From the sequence record NZ_CP044066.1: DNA of 64,000 nt; one strand, written 5' to 3'. This stretch comes from a plasmid. Below the pieces are notes generated by a model. The model was not told the origin of the DNA. It made no database searches and saw nothing but the letters and a program-made list of their open reading frames with translations. Made by a program: the position numbers and the translations under genes. Below are positions 10,206 through 19,689 of the stretch, in pieces. Each line of letters starts with the position of its first letter. Position 1 is the stretch's first letter.

Positions 10206-10700
10206 TTGAAGAATTCGGAGAATGATCGAGCATCGTTTGCGGCGGCCTGCGCGCTACACCACCCTCTGCCGAACGGAACTCTGACGGAGGCTTCCATGAT
10301 GTTTCATCGATTCCTGATCGGATCAACGACCTCTGAGGCTGTGGTGGAGGTTCATCTCATTCAGTCTCTTCCGGCAGACTGGGACGTCCTAGTTCGGATA
10401 GAGACGGGCATCCAGGCTTTGCGCGAGACGCACCAAGCAATCCCTCCCTATCTGCTAGTGCACGATCGATCTTGGCAGCAAGTGGTTTTCCAATGCGAGA
10501 GAATGATCAAAAGGGTTCATCGTTTTTCTTATGATTCACTTCCCGATTTTCTAGACCAGCATATCCGGCACAATTTTCACGCGCACGATTTGCAGGCCTT
10601 GGGTTGCCGGGAACTTTTGAGTGAAAAGCCTGATCCGCCAGCCCCTTTGCGCCAGAAAGCAAGCATTAGGAACACGAGACGTAGCCGCCCGGTGGCATGA
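10206..10700 (+). CDS. Hypothetical protein immediately upstream of the KaiC-like gene (probable start at MMFHRF, about 133 aa)
   Basis: ORF ending 37 nt before the KaiC-like start. No family recognised and no KaiB-like thioredoxin fold is evident. Confidence 0.3.
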   Translation: MKNSENDRASFAAACALHHPLPNGTLTEASMMFHRFLIGSTTSEAVVEVHLIQSLPADWDVLVRIETGIQALRETHQAIPPYLLVHDRSWQQVVFQCERMIKRVHRFSYDSLPDFLDQHIRHNFHAHDLQALGCRELLSEKPDPPAPLRQKASIRNTRRSRPVA

Positions 10701-10736
10701 ACGTTGCCTCTGGCAGGGGACCAGGGGAATCGAACC

Positions 10737-12212
10737 ATGACGCAATCCGATCGACTAGAAACAGGAATCCGCGGATTGGACACTATCCTCTGCGGAGGCC
10801 TCTTGCGCGGTGCATCGTTTATCGTCCAGGGGAGCCCCGGGGCTGGGAAAACGATACTCGCCAACCAAGTGGCCTTCTTCCAGGCACGGCAGGGAACTCG
10901 GGTCTTGTACGTGACTCTCCTCGCGGAATCCCACGACAGACTTCTTCGGTCACTTTCGGCGTTCGATTTCTACGATGCATCGATCGTCGACACGGAAATA
11001 CTCTATATCAGCTTGTCCAAGGTTCTCCGCGAAGCTGGATTGACCGGGCTCATCCGAGCGCTTCGCACCGAGCTCGTTCGTCAGCGCTGCACCATGCTGA
11101 TCCTGGACGGCTTTCTAATGGCAAAGGATGGCGGCGCGGCGGCGTCAGAGATCAAGACGTTTATCGCGGAGCTTCAGAGTCATGCCGCTCTCATCGGCAG
11201 CACCGTGCTTTTGCTCACTAGTGCGCAGACAGAAGCCGGAAGTTTCGAGCACACGATGGTCGATGGTGTGCTCCAACTCGAGGAAGAATTGGTTGGCATA
11301 CGCGGCGTACGTCTGATTCGCGTTGCAAAGTCTCGCGGCAGCGCATGTGTTGCCGGACTTCATCAGTTCTCCATTTCAAGCGGTGGCATCGAGGTCTTTC
11401 CTCGCCTTGAGGCGCTAGGTAGCACATCAAATGACGAGACGCACGGTATCGAAGAGCGGGTCGCAAGCGGAGTCCAGGGATTCGAAAAGATATCAGGCGG
11501 AGGACTTCTCGGTCCGTCCGTTACCCTCCTTATGGGTCCTCCGGGGAGTGGGAAGACGACATTTGGTCTGAACTTTGTTAGCACCGCTACGCCCGAGTAT
11601 CCAGCGCTGTTCTTCGGTTTTTATGAATCCCCGACACGACTCCGCATAAAGGCCCGGGAGCTTCGCCTCTCAATAGAAACACTTGAGCACGGTGGCGCGC
11701 TCCATGTCTACTGGAATCCGTTGCGCGAGAACCTGCTCGATTTCTTAGGGCACAGACTGCTCGACACCATCCGCACACATCGGATCCGGCGGTTGTTCAT
11801 CGACGGAATCGCGGGCTTCCAGCGCGCCGCGGTCCATCCTGCCCGCCAGATCGAGTTCTACTCCGCTCTTACGACCGAGCTGCGAGAGATGGGCACAACA
11901 ACCGTAGTTTCACTCGAAATGCGCGGCAGTTCTGGATCTGCTCATACGCCGCTGCCAGAGTACTCGAGCTTGATGGAAAACCTGGTGCATTTACGGCATG
12001 TCGTAATCGATGGCGAACTACGGCGCTCGTTTCACATCGTCAAGATGCGAGACAGCGTATTCGACAACGGGCTGCACGAAGTGCACATTGGGCAGGGAGG
12101 GTTGCGCATTGGCGGCCGGCTGGCGATTCCGCCCGATTGCCCTTTCGGGTGTCCTTTGGCCGCCGACTCCGGCCAGCCACTTAAATCCGGGCGCGAGCCA
12201 TGGCAACCGTAG
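10737..12212 (+). CDS. KaiC-like tandem RecA-superfamily ATPase (two KaiC domains)
   Basis: Two Walker-A-containing KaiC-type modules: GIRGLDTILCGGLLRGASFIVQGSPGAGKT in the first and GVQGFEKISGGGLLGPSVTLLMGPPGSGKT in the second. Start at ATG 10737 with SD GGGGAA. Confidence 0.8.
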   Translation: MTQSDRLETGIRGLDTILCGGLLRGASFIVQGSPGAGKTILANQVAFFQARQGTRVLYVTLLAESHDRLLRSLSAFDFYDASIVDTEILYISLSKVLREAGLTGLIRALRTELVRQRCTMLILDGFLMAKDGGAAASEIKTFIAELQSHAALIGSTVLLLTSAQTEAGSFEHTMVDGVLQLEEELVGIRGVRLIRVAKSRGSACVAGLHQFSISSGGIEVFPRLEALGSTSNDETHGIEERVASGVQGFEKISGGGLLGPSVTLLMGPPGSGKTTFGLNFVSTATPEYPALFFGFYESPTRLRIKARELRLSIETLEHGGALHVYWNPLRENLLDFLGHRLLDTIRTHRIRRLFIDGIAGFQRAAVHPARQIEFYSALTTELREMGTTTVVSLEMRGSSGSAHTPLPEYSSLMENLVHLRHVVIDGELRRSFHIVKMRDSVFDNGLHEVHIGQGGLRIGGRLAIPPDCPFGCPLAADSGQPLKSGREPWQP

Positions 12213-12565
12213 TCGTCGTCGACGATGAAACTATCAACGCCGATGCGTTGGCTGTCATGCTTGCATTGGAGGGCATCCGGACAATCACTGCAGCTGACGG
12301 CGCGGAGGGGCTGCGAATCATCGCGGCGGAAAAGCCCGACGCCGTCATTACCGACTTCATGATGCCAATCATGTCTGGGCTCGAGATGGCAAAGGCGATG
12401 CGCGCGGATTCTTTGCTCGCGAAAATACCGCTGGTCTTACTCACTGCCGCACAGGCGGAAATCGGATACCGTCACCCTGACCTATTTGATGCGGTGTTCA
12501 AGAAGCCTTGCGCCCCAGGCCACGTGATCGCGAGGCTTCTGGAGCTGATGGCGAGGTCCGCGTAG
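12200..12565 (+). CDS. Single-domain response regulator (CheY-like receiver)
   Basis: 121 aa with VVVVDDE...D(F)MMP...KIPLVLLTA. Overlaps the KaiC-like stop by 13 nt, so the two are likely co-translated. Confidence 0.8.
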   Translation: MATVVVVDDETINADALAVMLALEGIRTITAADGAEGLRIIAAEKPDAVITDFMMPIMSGLEMAKAMRADSLLAKIPLVLLTAAQAEIGYRHPDLFDAVFKKPCAPGHVIARLLELMARSA

Positions 12566-12867
12566 TTGGTTTCCGGGGCGAGAAAGCGTCGATGCGTCGG
12601 CTACTATCGTCGAAGAGTGCCCCGGTGCTGCGAAGGGCGCCCGCCAACAGGCAAGCTATGTCCTCTCTATCTTCCTGGATTGTTCACTGCTGACTACTTC
12701 GTACGGGCCCTTTGACGAAGCGTACGCCCGTCATTGGCAGCCGAGGCGCGTCGAAGACGCGTGGGCTTGTGTAGGAGGCGCTTTCAGTATATAAATTTAT
12801 CCATAAAACTACGACCTGCGAGAAAGCGGCTTCCTCCAGAGCCAGCACCCCTCAGGACCCTCGCTAC

Positions 12868-13782
12868 ATGGATAGTTTGTGGCTAACCGATCCAGGCCGC
12901 GCTTATTCTGACTGGCAGCACCGTGAAGCCGCCGGCGCGGATCGGCGACCATTCTCGGAGCGTTCAATCGTCCAACATCGTGCAATGTTTGATCGGTTTT
13001 ACCGTCACCTTTTGCGGCATGGAGCAACACTATCCAGCTTTGGCCCCGAGCTTCTGGACGGGTTCTGGCTAAACAAAGATGTCGCGGACCACAGCTTGTC
13101 CACGCGCATGCGTTATCTCAAGCTGGTAGACCGTCTGTGCCGGCAGTTGATGCTTGCCGGCGTGCGCACGAGCAACCCTGCCGCAGAACTGGTTCTGCGC
13201 ATGCAGTGGCCGCAGGACGACCCGCCGCTGCATTTCCTGCCCAAGGACGTCGAACTGCGACTGCAGGCCTTTACGCAGCCGGTCGCAGGCGATGACCTTG
13301 TGGCAACTCGATGTCGCGCGATCGTGGCAATGTTTCTCGGTACCGGCGTGACGGCACGAGAAGGCCGGCATGCCCTCATGCATGACTTGCATCTTCGTGG
13401 GCGTTCGCCCTATTTGCACATACCCGCGAAGCGGCCCCGCATTGCTCGAACTGTGCCCGTCGAGCCGTTTGCCATCGCCCCCCTCTCACGGTGGCTGAAA
13501 ATTCGCGGGAGGCTGGCAGTTCAAGGCGAACTCCTATTTACTCTTCGGCAACTGGGTACCCCCGTCACTGACATGAGTTTGGGGAATATTATCCGCACGG
13601 CTTTCGTCAGTATCGGCCACACGGCGGCGGAAATGGGGCCACAGATTCTTCGAAACACGTACAGCCGACGGCTGCTTTCAGAAGGCCTTGCACCCCCGGA
13701 AGTCTCGCTGCGGTTGGGGCTGACCAGTCGCCGTACGGTCGATAGGATTTGCGCAACACTTCCTAGACCACGAAGCGATTAG
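12868..13782 (+). CDS. Tyrosine-recombinase/phage-integrase-family protein (divergent)
   Basis: N-terminal core-binding-like region and a C-terminal ILRNTYSRRLL box resembling HxLRHT(F/Y)A. No obvious nucleophilic Tyr is visible in the last 40 aa. Confidence 0.55.
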   Translation: MDSLWLTDPGRAYSDWQHREAAGADRRPFSERSIVQHRAMFDRFYRHLLRHGATLSSFGPELLDGFWLNKDVADHSLSTRMRYLKLVDRLCRQLMLAGVRTSNPAAELVLRMQWPQDDPPLHFLPKDVELRLQAFTQPVAGDDLVATRCRAIVAMFLGTGVTAREGRHALMHDLHLRGRSPYLHIPAKRPRIARTVPVEPFAIAPLSRWLKIRGRLAVQGELLFTLRQLGTPVTDMSLGNIIRTAFVSIGHTAAEMGPQILRNTYSRRLLSEGLAPPEVSLRLGLTSRRTVDRICATLPRPRSD

Positions 13783-13971
13783 TCGTCAGATGCGTCTCAA
13801 GGAAAAGGCGGCGCTGCTGCAGCGCTTGACCTGCGCGCAAATACCCGTTTGGGTTAGACGTAACGTCAGTCGTCGCACTACGGTGAGCCGTAAGTGAGTA
13901 CTGAACAACGGTACTTTAAGCTGACATTGTGGACAGTGGACGGGTCCCCGTTTGCACATAGACTCAAGTGC

Positions 13972-14037
13972 CCCTCCCGCTTTTGGAGGGTTTATCCAGT
14001 CTAAATCGGTTGCCCGTCTTCGGACGGGCTTTTTTTT
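13972..14037 (+). terminator. Tandem intrinsic terminators
   Basis: First hairpin is CCCTCC-cgctttt-GGAGGG+TTT. Second hairpin is GCCCGTC-ttcg-GACGGGC followed by T8. They sit between the convergent integrase-like and resolvase-like genes. Confidence 0.7.
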
Positions 14038-14056
14038 GCGGGTCAAGAGTTCTTAC

Positions 14057-14662
14057 TTACCGTCGCTGGGACTCAACGGTATCGGTCAGTTTCTCATCCC
14101 TGATACGCATGATCGTCTGCCGAGATACGCAGAACGATCGAGCGATCTCGGTAACAGATGCGCCTGTTCGAAGCGATGCGAGGATATCGGTACGCGCCGA
14201 GGCAGAGAGGGTGGGCTTGCGGCCGAGGCGACGTCCAAGCTCCGTAGATGCCGTGGCGCTCTCCTTCATGCGCAAGCTGCGAGTCTGGTAGTCAAGTTGA
14301 CTGACTGCCGCCAATGTAAGCATGGCCGGCGAACAAGCAGATGTCAGGAGATCGCCACCACCCAGCTCTATACATTGGGCGCTCGCACCAAGTGCCTTAA
14401 AACGTTCAAGTGTCTCCAGCACGTCCCGGACATTGCGCCCAAGACTCGCCAACTTCAGCGTGAAAATGGTGTCGCCTGCGCGAATGCGCCGCAGCATACT
14501 TTGCATTCCGGGCCTTTCGAGTGCGGAGCGCGATTGAGACTCACGCTCACACCACGCACGCCGCAGATCTACCACGATGCCCGCCGCGTCGAACGCACGG
14601 ATCTCCTCCTCGAATTCCTCGAGGGTGGCGGCACCATTTGTGTAGAAGTAGTTCGCACTCAT
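14057..14662 (-). CDS. Serine-recombinase (resolvase/invertase) homologue with apparently substituted catalytic residues
   Basis: Clear resolvase C-terminal HTH (GRRLGRKPTLSASARTDILASLRTGASVTEIARSFCVSRQTIMRI) and core (DTIFTLKLASLGR, ERFKALG). Aligned to Tn3/gamma-delta resolvase, the YARVST nucleophile box reads YTNGAAT (R8 to N, S10 to A) and KLDRLGR reads KLASLGR (D67 to A, R68 to S). Confidence 0.6.
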   Translation of the reverse strand: MSANYFYTNGAATLEEFEEEIRAFDAAGIVVDLRRAWCERESQSRSALERPGMQSMLRRIRAGDTIFTLKLASLGRNVRDVLETLERFKALGASAQCIELGGGDLLTSACSPAMLTLAAVSQLDYQTRSLRMKESATASTELGRRLGRKPTLSASARTDILASLRTGASVTEIARSFCVSRQTIMRIRDEKLTDTVESQRR

Positions 14663-15950
14663 GGGATCTCCGAGCGGACCATGCATGGCCCGCTCTCTGA
14701 ATCATACTATCTTGCGTATCTCGCATGCTACAGGAGTGGGCCCTCCTTGCAGGGGGCGCAGATGACCTCATGTCAATCGATTAGGAAGGTCCTTGCTGCT
14801 ACCAAGTAGACGGGAGTGGACCGCAGGGTCCCAAGAAGCGTTGTTGATCAACGTGAGGGGAAGACCGCGCCGAAACTCATACTCCTTGCGTAGGGATCAG
14901 CAAGAGAAGACGCGAAAAATTCTGAAGTCGGCCACCCCGCCTACGGGCGGCGGCGGGAACGCATAGCTTCAACACGGATCCCAAATCGCCGTTGCTGTGC
15001 GATTGTTATCGCCAAGCCAGCGCATTAGGAATAAACCCATTCAATCGATTCTCGATGTGAACCAATAATACGTGCCAGTAGGTGCGATCGAGCTGTAGGA
15101 CGCGCTACATCAACCGCCGCAGAGGTTGCGGCTTCACGCGTTGTCGTGGCTTAAGTCCAAGCAGGAAAAATTTGAGTGCACATGCCTCGCCGAAGCCACG
15201 GATATATGTATATCAACAGGCCATATGTCCCTCTCTAACATCACCTGACGCATTTCCTCCTTTCTCGCGGACTCCATCCAACTAATTCCCAGTCATCTTG
15301 AATTTAGTGCACTCCTAATCGACGCATGGTTCGTGCCCCTCGTCTTTCGGTGCTACGGATCCATCCGAGGAACCTTGCACCTGATCCGTCCCCGGAACTG
15401 CGCAGACTTGTAACGCCCAGTCGCTGGACTCTGGTTCTATCCCACGACTCTTACATTGCAAGCAAGCCTAGGCGGCCGCCGCGATGTGCTGGAACCTCGA
15501 GCAGCCAAGTAAGAACCCCCGATGGTTGGCCCTCGTTGCGCTCCAATCAAACGATGTGACCGAACTAATCTCTCATAGCGTCGCGAAGAAACATGCCAGA
15601 TCCGATTCCAGTTGTCGTGCTGGGATGACTGGCCAGGGACGTGCAGATCAGAAGTCTAAAACTCAGCGCCGCAGTGCTCAAAGACGCCCTACCCCGCGCG
15701 GTCACCACCGCCGAGAACATGCGAATACGAGCCATGATGTACATACGACTGATCAACAAGCAGCTGGCAAGGATGTCTCTTAAGGCCAAGGCCATAGGCT
15801 GCTGAGGATCGGTTCTGTCTCCGTATGTTAATCACGGCTCGTGCTATCAGTACCCCGCGCTATTCGTGGCAACGGTCTACCGATCTACCGGGCGACGGGC
15901 ATGCAACGCTCCCGCGGAGCCGCCTAGCTTGATAAGGCAGGTCACAGCCA

Positions 15951-16865
15951 TCACGCCGGCAGCGTGGCGTCCCGGTGCCGGAACGCGGCTTGCCGGACGC
16001 AGTGGATGAAGTAGTCGGACGGTGCGCTCAGGATCGCGCCTTCACGTTGCAGCAAAGCCATCTGCAGCGTGGGTGGGTCCTCCGGCAGATTCAATTGGAC
16101 CAACTGAGAGTCGGGGTCGAGAATCAGCACGTGCCGCGTCAGCGCCATCACGGTGTCAACGTTGAGCAGCAACTTGCTCGTCAGCAGGTTCGAGGTGCAA
16201 CGCGTGATGCGGCGGGGCGGCGGCAGGCCATAGCGCGCGAACGCCGCTTCGAGATAGCGCGGAAACTGTTCCGTACCATCGGCGTGCAGCCATTCGGCAT
16301 CCTGCAGCTCGGCGAAGCTGGTCGCGCTGGCATGACGGCTGCCCCGGCGCGTCGCGAAGGCGGTCGGAAACGATAACAGCGGCTCGCAGGTCACGAAGGC
16401 ATCGGCCGGCGGTGCGCCCGGTATCGCCGCCAAAGCGAAGTCCAGGCGGCTATTGCGAAGGTTGTCGAGCAACTTCGGCAGGTTCCACTCGCGGAACTCG
16501 ACGGCCACCTCAGGCATAGCCGAGCGAAACGGCACAAACGCCTCCGCAATTAGCGTAGCACCAGCTAGCGGCGATAGACCGATGCGCAATTGTCCGCCCA
16601 CCACGCCGCGCAACTCCGCCATATCTGCCTCGGCGCGCTCGAACTCATGCACGATCAGACGCGCGCGCGTCAGCAGTCGGCGGCCCTCGTCGGTAATCGA
16701 TACCCCCCACGAGTTGCGAGTGATCAATGACACCCCAACTTCGGATTCCAGCTCGCGCATGGTACGCGTGACGGCAGGCTGACTCACGCACAGGGTTCGC
16801 GCGGCCGCATTGATGCTGCCTTGTTCGGCGATGGCGGTGAGGGCCCGCAAATGGTGCAACTTCAT
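15951..16865 (-). CDS. LysR-family transcriptional regulator
   Basis: N-terminal HTH (MKLHHLRALTAIAEQGSINAAARTLCVSQPAVTRTMRELE). Divergent from the M20 peptidase gene. Confidence 0.85.
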   Translation of the reverse strand: MKLHHLRALTAIAEQGSINAAARTLCVSQPAVTRTMRELESEVGVSLITRNSWGVSITDEGRRLLTRARLIVHEFERAEADMAELRGVVGGQLRIGLSPLAGATLIAEAFVPFRSAMPEVAVEFREWNLPKLLDNLRNSRLDFALAAIPGAPPADAFVTCEPLLSFPTAFATRRGSRHASATSFAELQDAEWLHADGTEQFPRYLEAAFARYGLPPPRRITRCTSNLLTSKLLLNVDTVMALTRHVLILDPDSQLVQLNLPEDPPTLQMALLQREGAILSAPSDYFIHCVRQAAFRHRDATLPA

Positions 16866-17121
16866 GTCTACACGGCTCTAGGTAGGGGCGACGATCACGC
16901 GCTCGCGACGCTATAACGCATCGTTATCCACATCCGGATTTATGCGTACTCGCCTGCTAGTTATTTTCATAGCATGACGTCTTTGTATCAACGGCGTTAC
17001 AACGTGTGAAACGCGAGCGAGATACTACCGCGCCCCTGTGGCCGACAGCAACGCATTCCAGGTGTCCGCGCTTACCGGTCGATCGCTTGCAGACACCCCG
17101 TATTCATCAAGAGGAGAAGTC

Positions 17122-18378
17122 ATGAAACGTTTGGTTCTCTGCGCGCTGGCCTTGGCTGCTGCCATAGCAGTCTCGTCCGGGTGTTCCGATAGCAATGCGG
17201 CCAGCCCCACCTATGACAGCGCGCTCGACAGCGCCTCCAGAGCACAACAACCGGCCCTTATGCAGATGCTGGAGCAGTTGGTCAATATCGAAACCGGTAC
17301 AGGCGACCCCGTTGGCATGCCGCAAATGGCTGACTATCTCGCCCAGCAGTTGGCGGGACTCGGCGCGACGGTCAGTCGCCAGCAGGCTGCTGCCGGTGTC
17401 GTCGGCGAGAACATCGTTGGACGGCTCAAGGGCACGGGCTCGGTCAGAATCCTGATGATCGCGCATATGGACACGGTATACCCGCGCGGCTATCTCGCGA
17501 AGGCACCGTTTCGCGTTGACGGCAATCGCGCCTACGGACCAGGCATCGCGGACGACAAAGGCGGCATCGCGGTTATCCTCAATTCGCTCGCTATTCTCAA
17601 GGCGCGCGGCTTCAGCGAGTATGGCGAGATCGTCGTCATGTTCAACACCGACGAAGAGAAGGGCTCCTTCGGTTCGCGCGATCTCATTCAACAGCTGGCG
17701 GCCGGGGCCGACTATGTCATTTCGCATGAGCCCAGCGGCGAAACGGAAGGCATCGGCCTGGCCACCTCGGGTATTGCTTACGTCGAAGCCAAAATCACGG
17801 GCAAGGCGGCCCACGCCGGCGTCGCCCCAGAACTCGGTGTCAACGCGCTGACGGAAGCGGCCGATCTGATTCTGCGCACGCAGGACATCGACGACAAAGC
17901 CAAGGAGATGCGCTTCAACTGGACGCTGGCCAAGGCGGGCAGCGCATCGAATGCGATTCCTGATTCCGCTACACTGAACGCCGACGTCCGCTATGGACGG
18001 AACGAAGACCTCGACGCAATCCAGTCAATGCTTTCCGAGCGGGCGCAACGCAAGCGCCTAGCGGCTGCCACGGTGGAGGTCAGCATCACGCCCGGACGTC
18101 CGGCATTCAACGCCAACGATGGCGGCAAGTTCCTCGCCAGCAAGGCGGCAGCCATCTATCAGGAGCTGGGCTATACGCTGACCGTATCCGATACCCGCAC
18201 CGGTGGCGGCACGGACGCCGCTTACGCAGCGCTCTCAGGAAAACCAGTCGTCGAGAGCATGGGACTGCCCGGCTTCGGTTATCACACCTCGTCGGCGGAA
18301 TACGTGCTGATCGATGCGATCCCGCGTCGCCTTTATCTGAGCACGCGCATGCTGATGGACCTCAGCCGCGGCCGCTGA
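17122..18378 (+). CDS. M20-family metallopeptidase, carboxypeptidase G2 / glutamate carboxypeptidase-like, secreted or lipoprotein
   Basis: Signal peptide with ...AVSSGC. M20 motifs AHMDTVYP, GIADDKGG and HEPSGE are present. Start at MKRLVL with SD GGAGAA. The track ORF's N-terminal extension is spurious. Confidence 0.8.
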   Translation: MKRLVLCALALAAAIAVSSGCSDSNAASPTYDSALDSASRAQQPALMQMLEQLVNIETGTGDPVGMPQMADYLAQQLAGLGATVSRQQAAAGVVGENIVGRLKGTGSVRILMIAHMDTVYPRGYLAKAPFRVDGNRAYGPGIADDKGGIAVILNSLAILKARGFSEYGEIVVMFNTDEEKGSFGSRDLIQQLAAGADYVISHEPSGETEGIGLATSGIAYVEAKITGKAAHAGVAPELGVNALTEAADLILRTQDIDDKAKEMRFNWTLAKAGSASNAIPDSATLNADVRYGRNEDLDAIQSMLSERAQRKRLAAATVEVSITPGRPAFNANDGGKFLASKAAAIYQELGYTLTVSDTRTGGGTDAAYAALSGKPVVESMGLPGFGYHTSSAEYVLIDAIPRRLYLSTRMLMDLSRGR

Positions 18379-18902
18379 GTATGGAGCTGCCCCATTTAAC
18401 GGATAGCTACCAGATACAGGCAATGGGCGCAATCAAGGGGTTCCAAAAGGCCAGAAATAGGGGCACTGATGCCAACTCGTGGTTACATATACCTACCCGT
18501 GTTTCGCGGGCTTTCCGGCGAGGTCCTGCAGCGCTCGGCGTAGTGCGACCGTGGTGACCTTGTTGAGTCCCTTTTCATGAATCAGGGCCCGTTCGCTCGC
18601 CCACGGGTACCAAAGCTCTTTTTGGCTACGATCATTCCCGCGCTATACCAATCGACCATCAGTATCCGATCGCAAGAGCTGACGGGTCGCCTTGGCGAAT
18701 GGACGAGCGCATCGAGGCGGCCCGATACTCAATGCGCAACCAAAAATGCCTCTTAAAGCATTTTTATACTCGTTTAAGAGGCCAGAAGCTCACAAAGCAC
18801 AAACTTGACTGATCCGGAGAATTTCCTAATGTGAAAATCCGACCGCACCGCGTCCGCTGCGTCTGTTTCGCTGCCCTATGCAGCCCCTAGACTCCCGCTG
18901 AC

Positions 18903-19205
18903 ATGAACATCGTTCTGCTTCGCAATCAAAGCCGCGCGCTGATTTTGCCTGCTGGCAAGGATCTATTAGCGTGCCCGCCGGTGGTGCGCTATTGGTTAGG
19001 CCAACCGTACTCCGAATGCGTGACCGAACTTACCCCGGACACTCCGATGCCGGGGATTTTTCCACCGCTAGTACTCGCAGAAGTCTTGCAGAAGGGATAT
19101 TGCGCGCTCGATATCTACGGTGTGGTGCGTGCCTTCAAGGAAGCACCGATGGTCGAGGCGAGGGAGCAGGACGCTAGGGATCTGCTGCGACGCGAGAAAC
19201 CTTAG
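18903..19205 (+). CDS. Hypothetical protein (100 aa)
   Basis: ORF with no SD and no recognised family. Confidence 0.3.
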   Translation: MNIVLLRNQSRALILPAGKDLLACPPVVRYWLGQPYSECVTELTPDTPMPGIFPPLVLAEVLQKGYCALDIYGVVRAFKEAPMVEAREQDARDLLRREKP

Positions 19206-19404
19206 CCGGAACCCGCTGATAGTCCTGTCAGGCCACGCCCGCAGCTAGGTATGCGCCAGGCCCATCGACGGGCGAAGGCTCAGGCGAGTTGCACAACCTG
19301 ATCGGCATCGCACTCGCCTAACGAGACGACTAACAGTCCGAATAATCCGTTGGATGCCGCCAGGGGCCCTCCGGGCAAACGCGAACCGTCATCCTGCCGG
19401 CTGA

Positions 19405-19689
19405 TCAGCTAAGCTTACGCTGCGGTGGCAAGAGGCCAAATCTGGCCAGCGCCCTAACGTTGGTCTCGACGTACGTGACCATGCCATCGATCTTTATCGC
19501 TAGGTAATGATCGAAGCAGGCTGCGTCTTGCGAGACGGCCACGGTCTCCGCGGCATCGAATGCCGCCAACAGCTTCTCGCGCTCAACGTGCCCTCCCAAC
19601 CAGCCAAACATGCGGATGAACGTGTGAACCTTTGGCCTGCGCGGGATGAGCTTCTCTGCCTCGTCGGCAGTGATAAAAATCTGAGACAT
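19405..19689 (-). CDS. Conserved 94-aa protein of unknown function, paralogue A
   Basis: About 70% identical over its full length to the ORF at 61232..61516 (MSQIFITADEAEKLIPRRPKVHTFIRMFGW...DAACFDHYLAIKIDGM). Both have a conserved AAGGCTC-N5-ATG upstream region. Confidence 0.55.
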   Translation of the reverse strand: MSQIFITADEAEKLIPRRPKVHTFIRMFGWLGGHVEREKLLAAFDAAETVAVSQDAACFDHYLAIKIDGMVTYVETNVRALARFGLLPPQRKLS

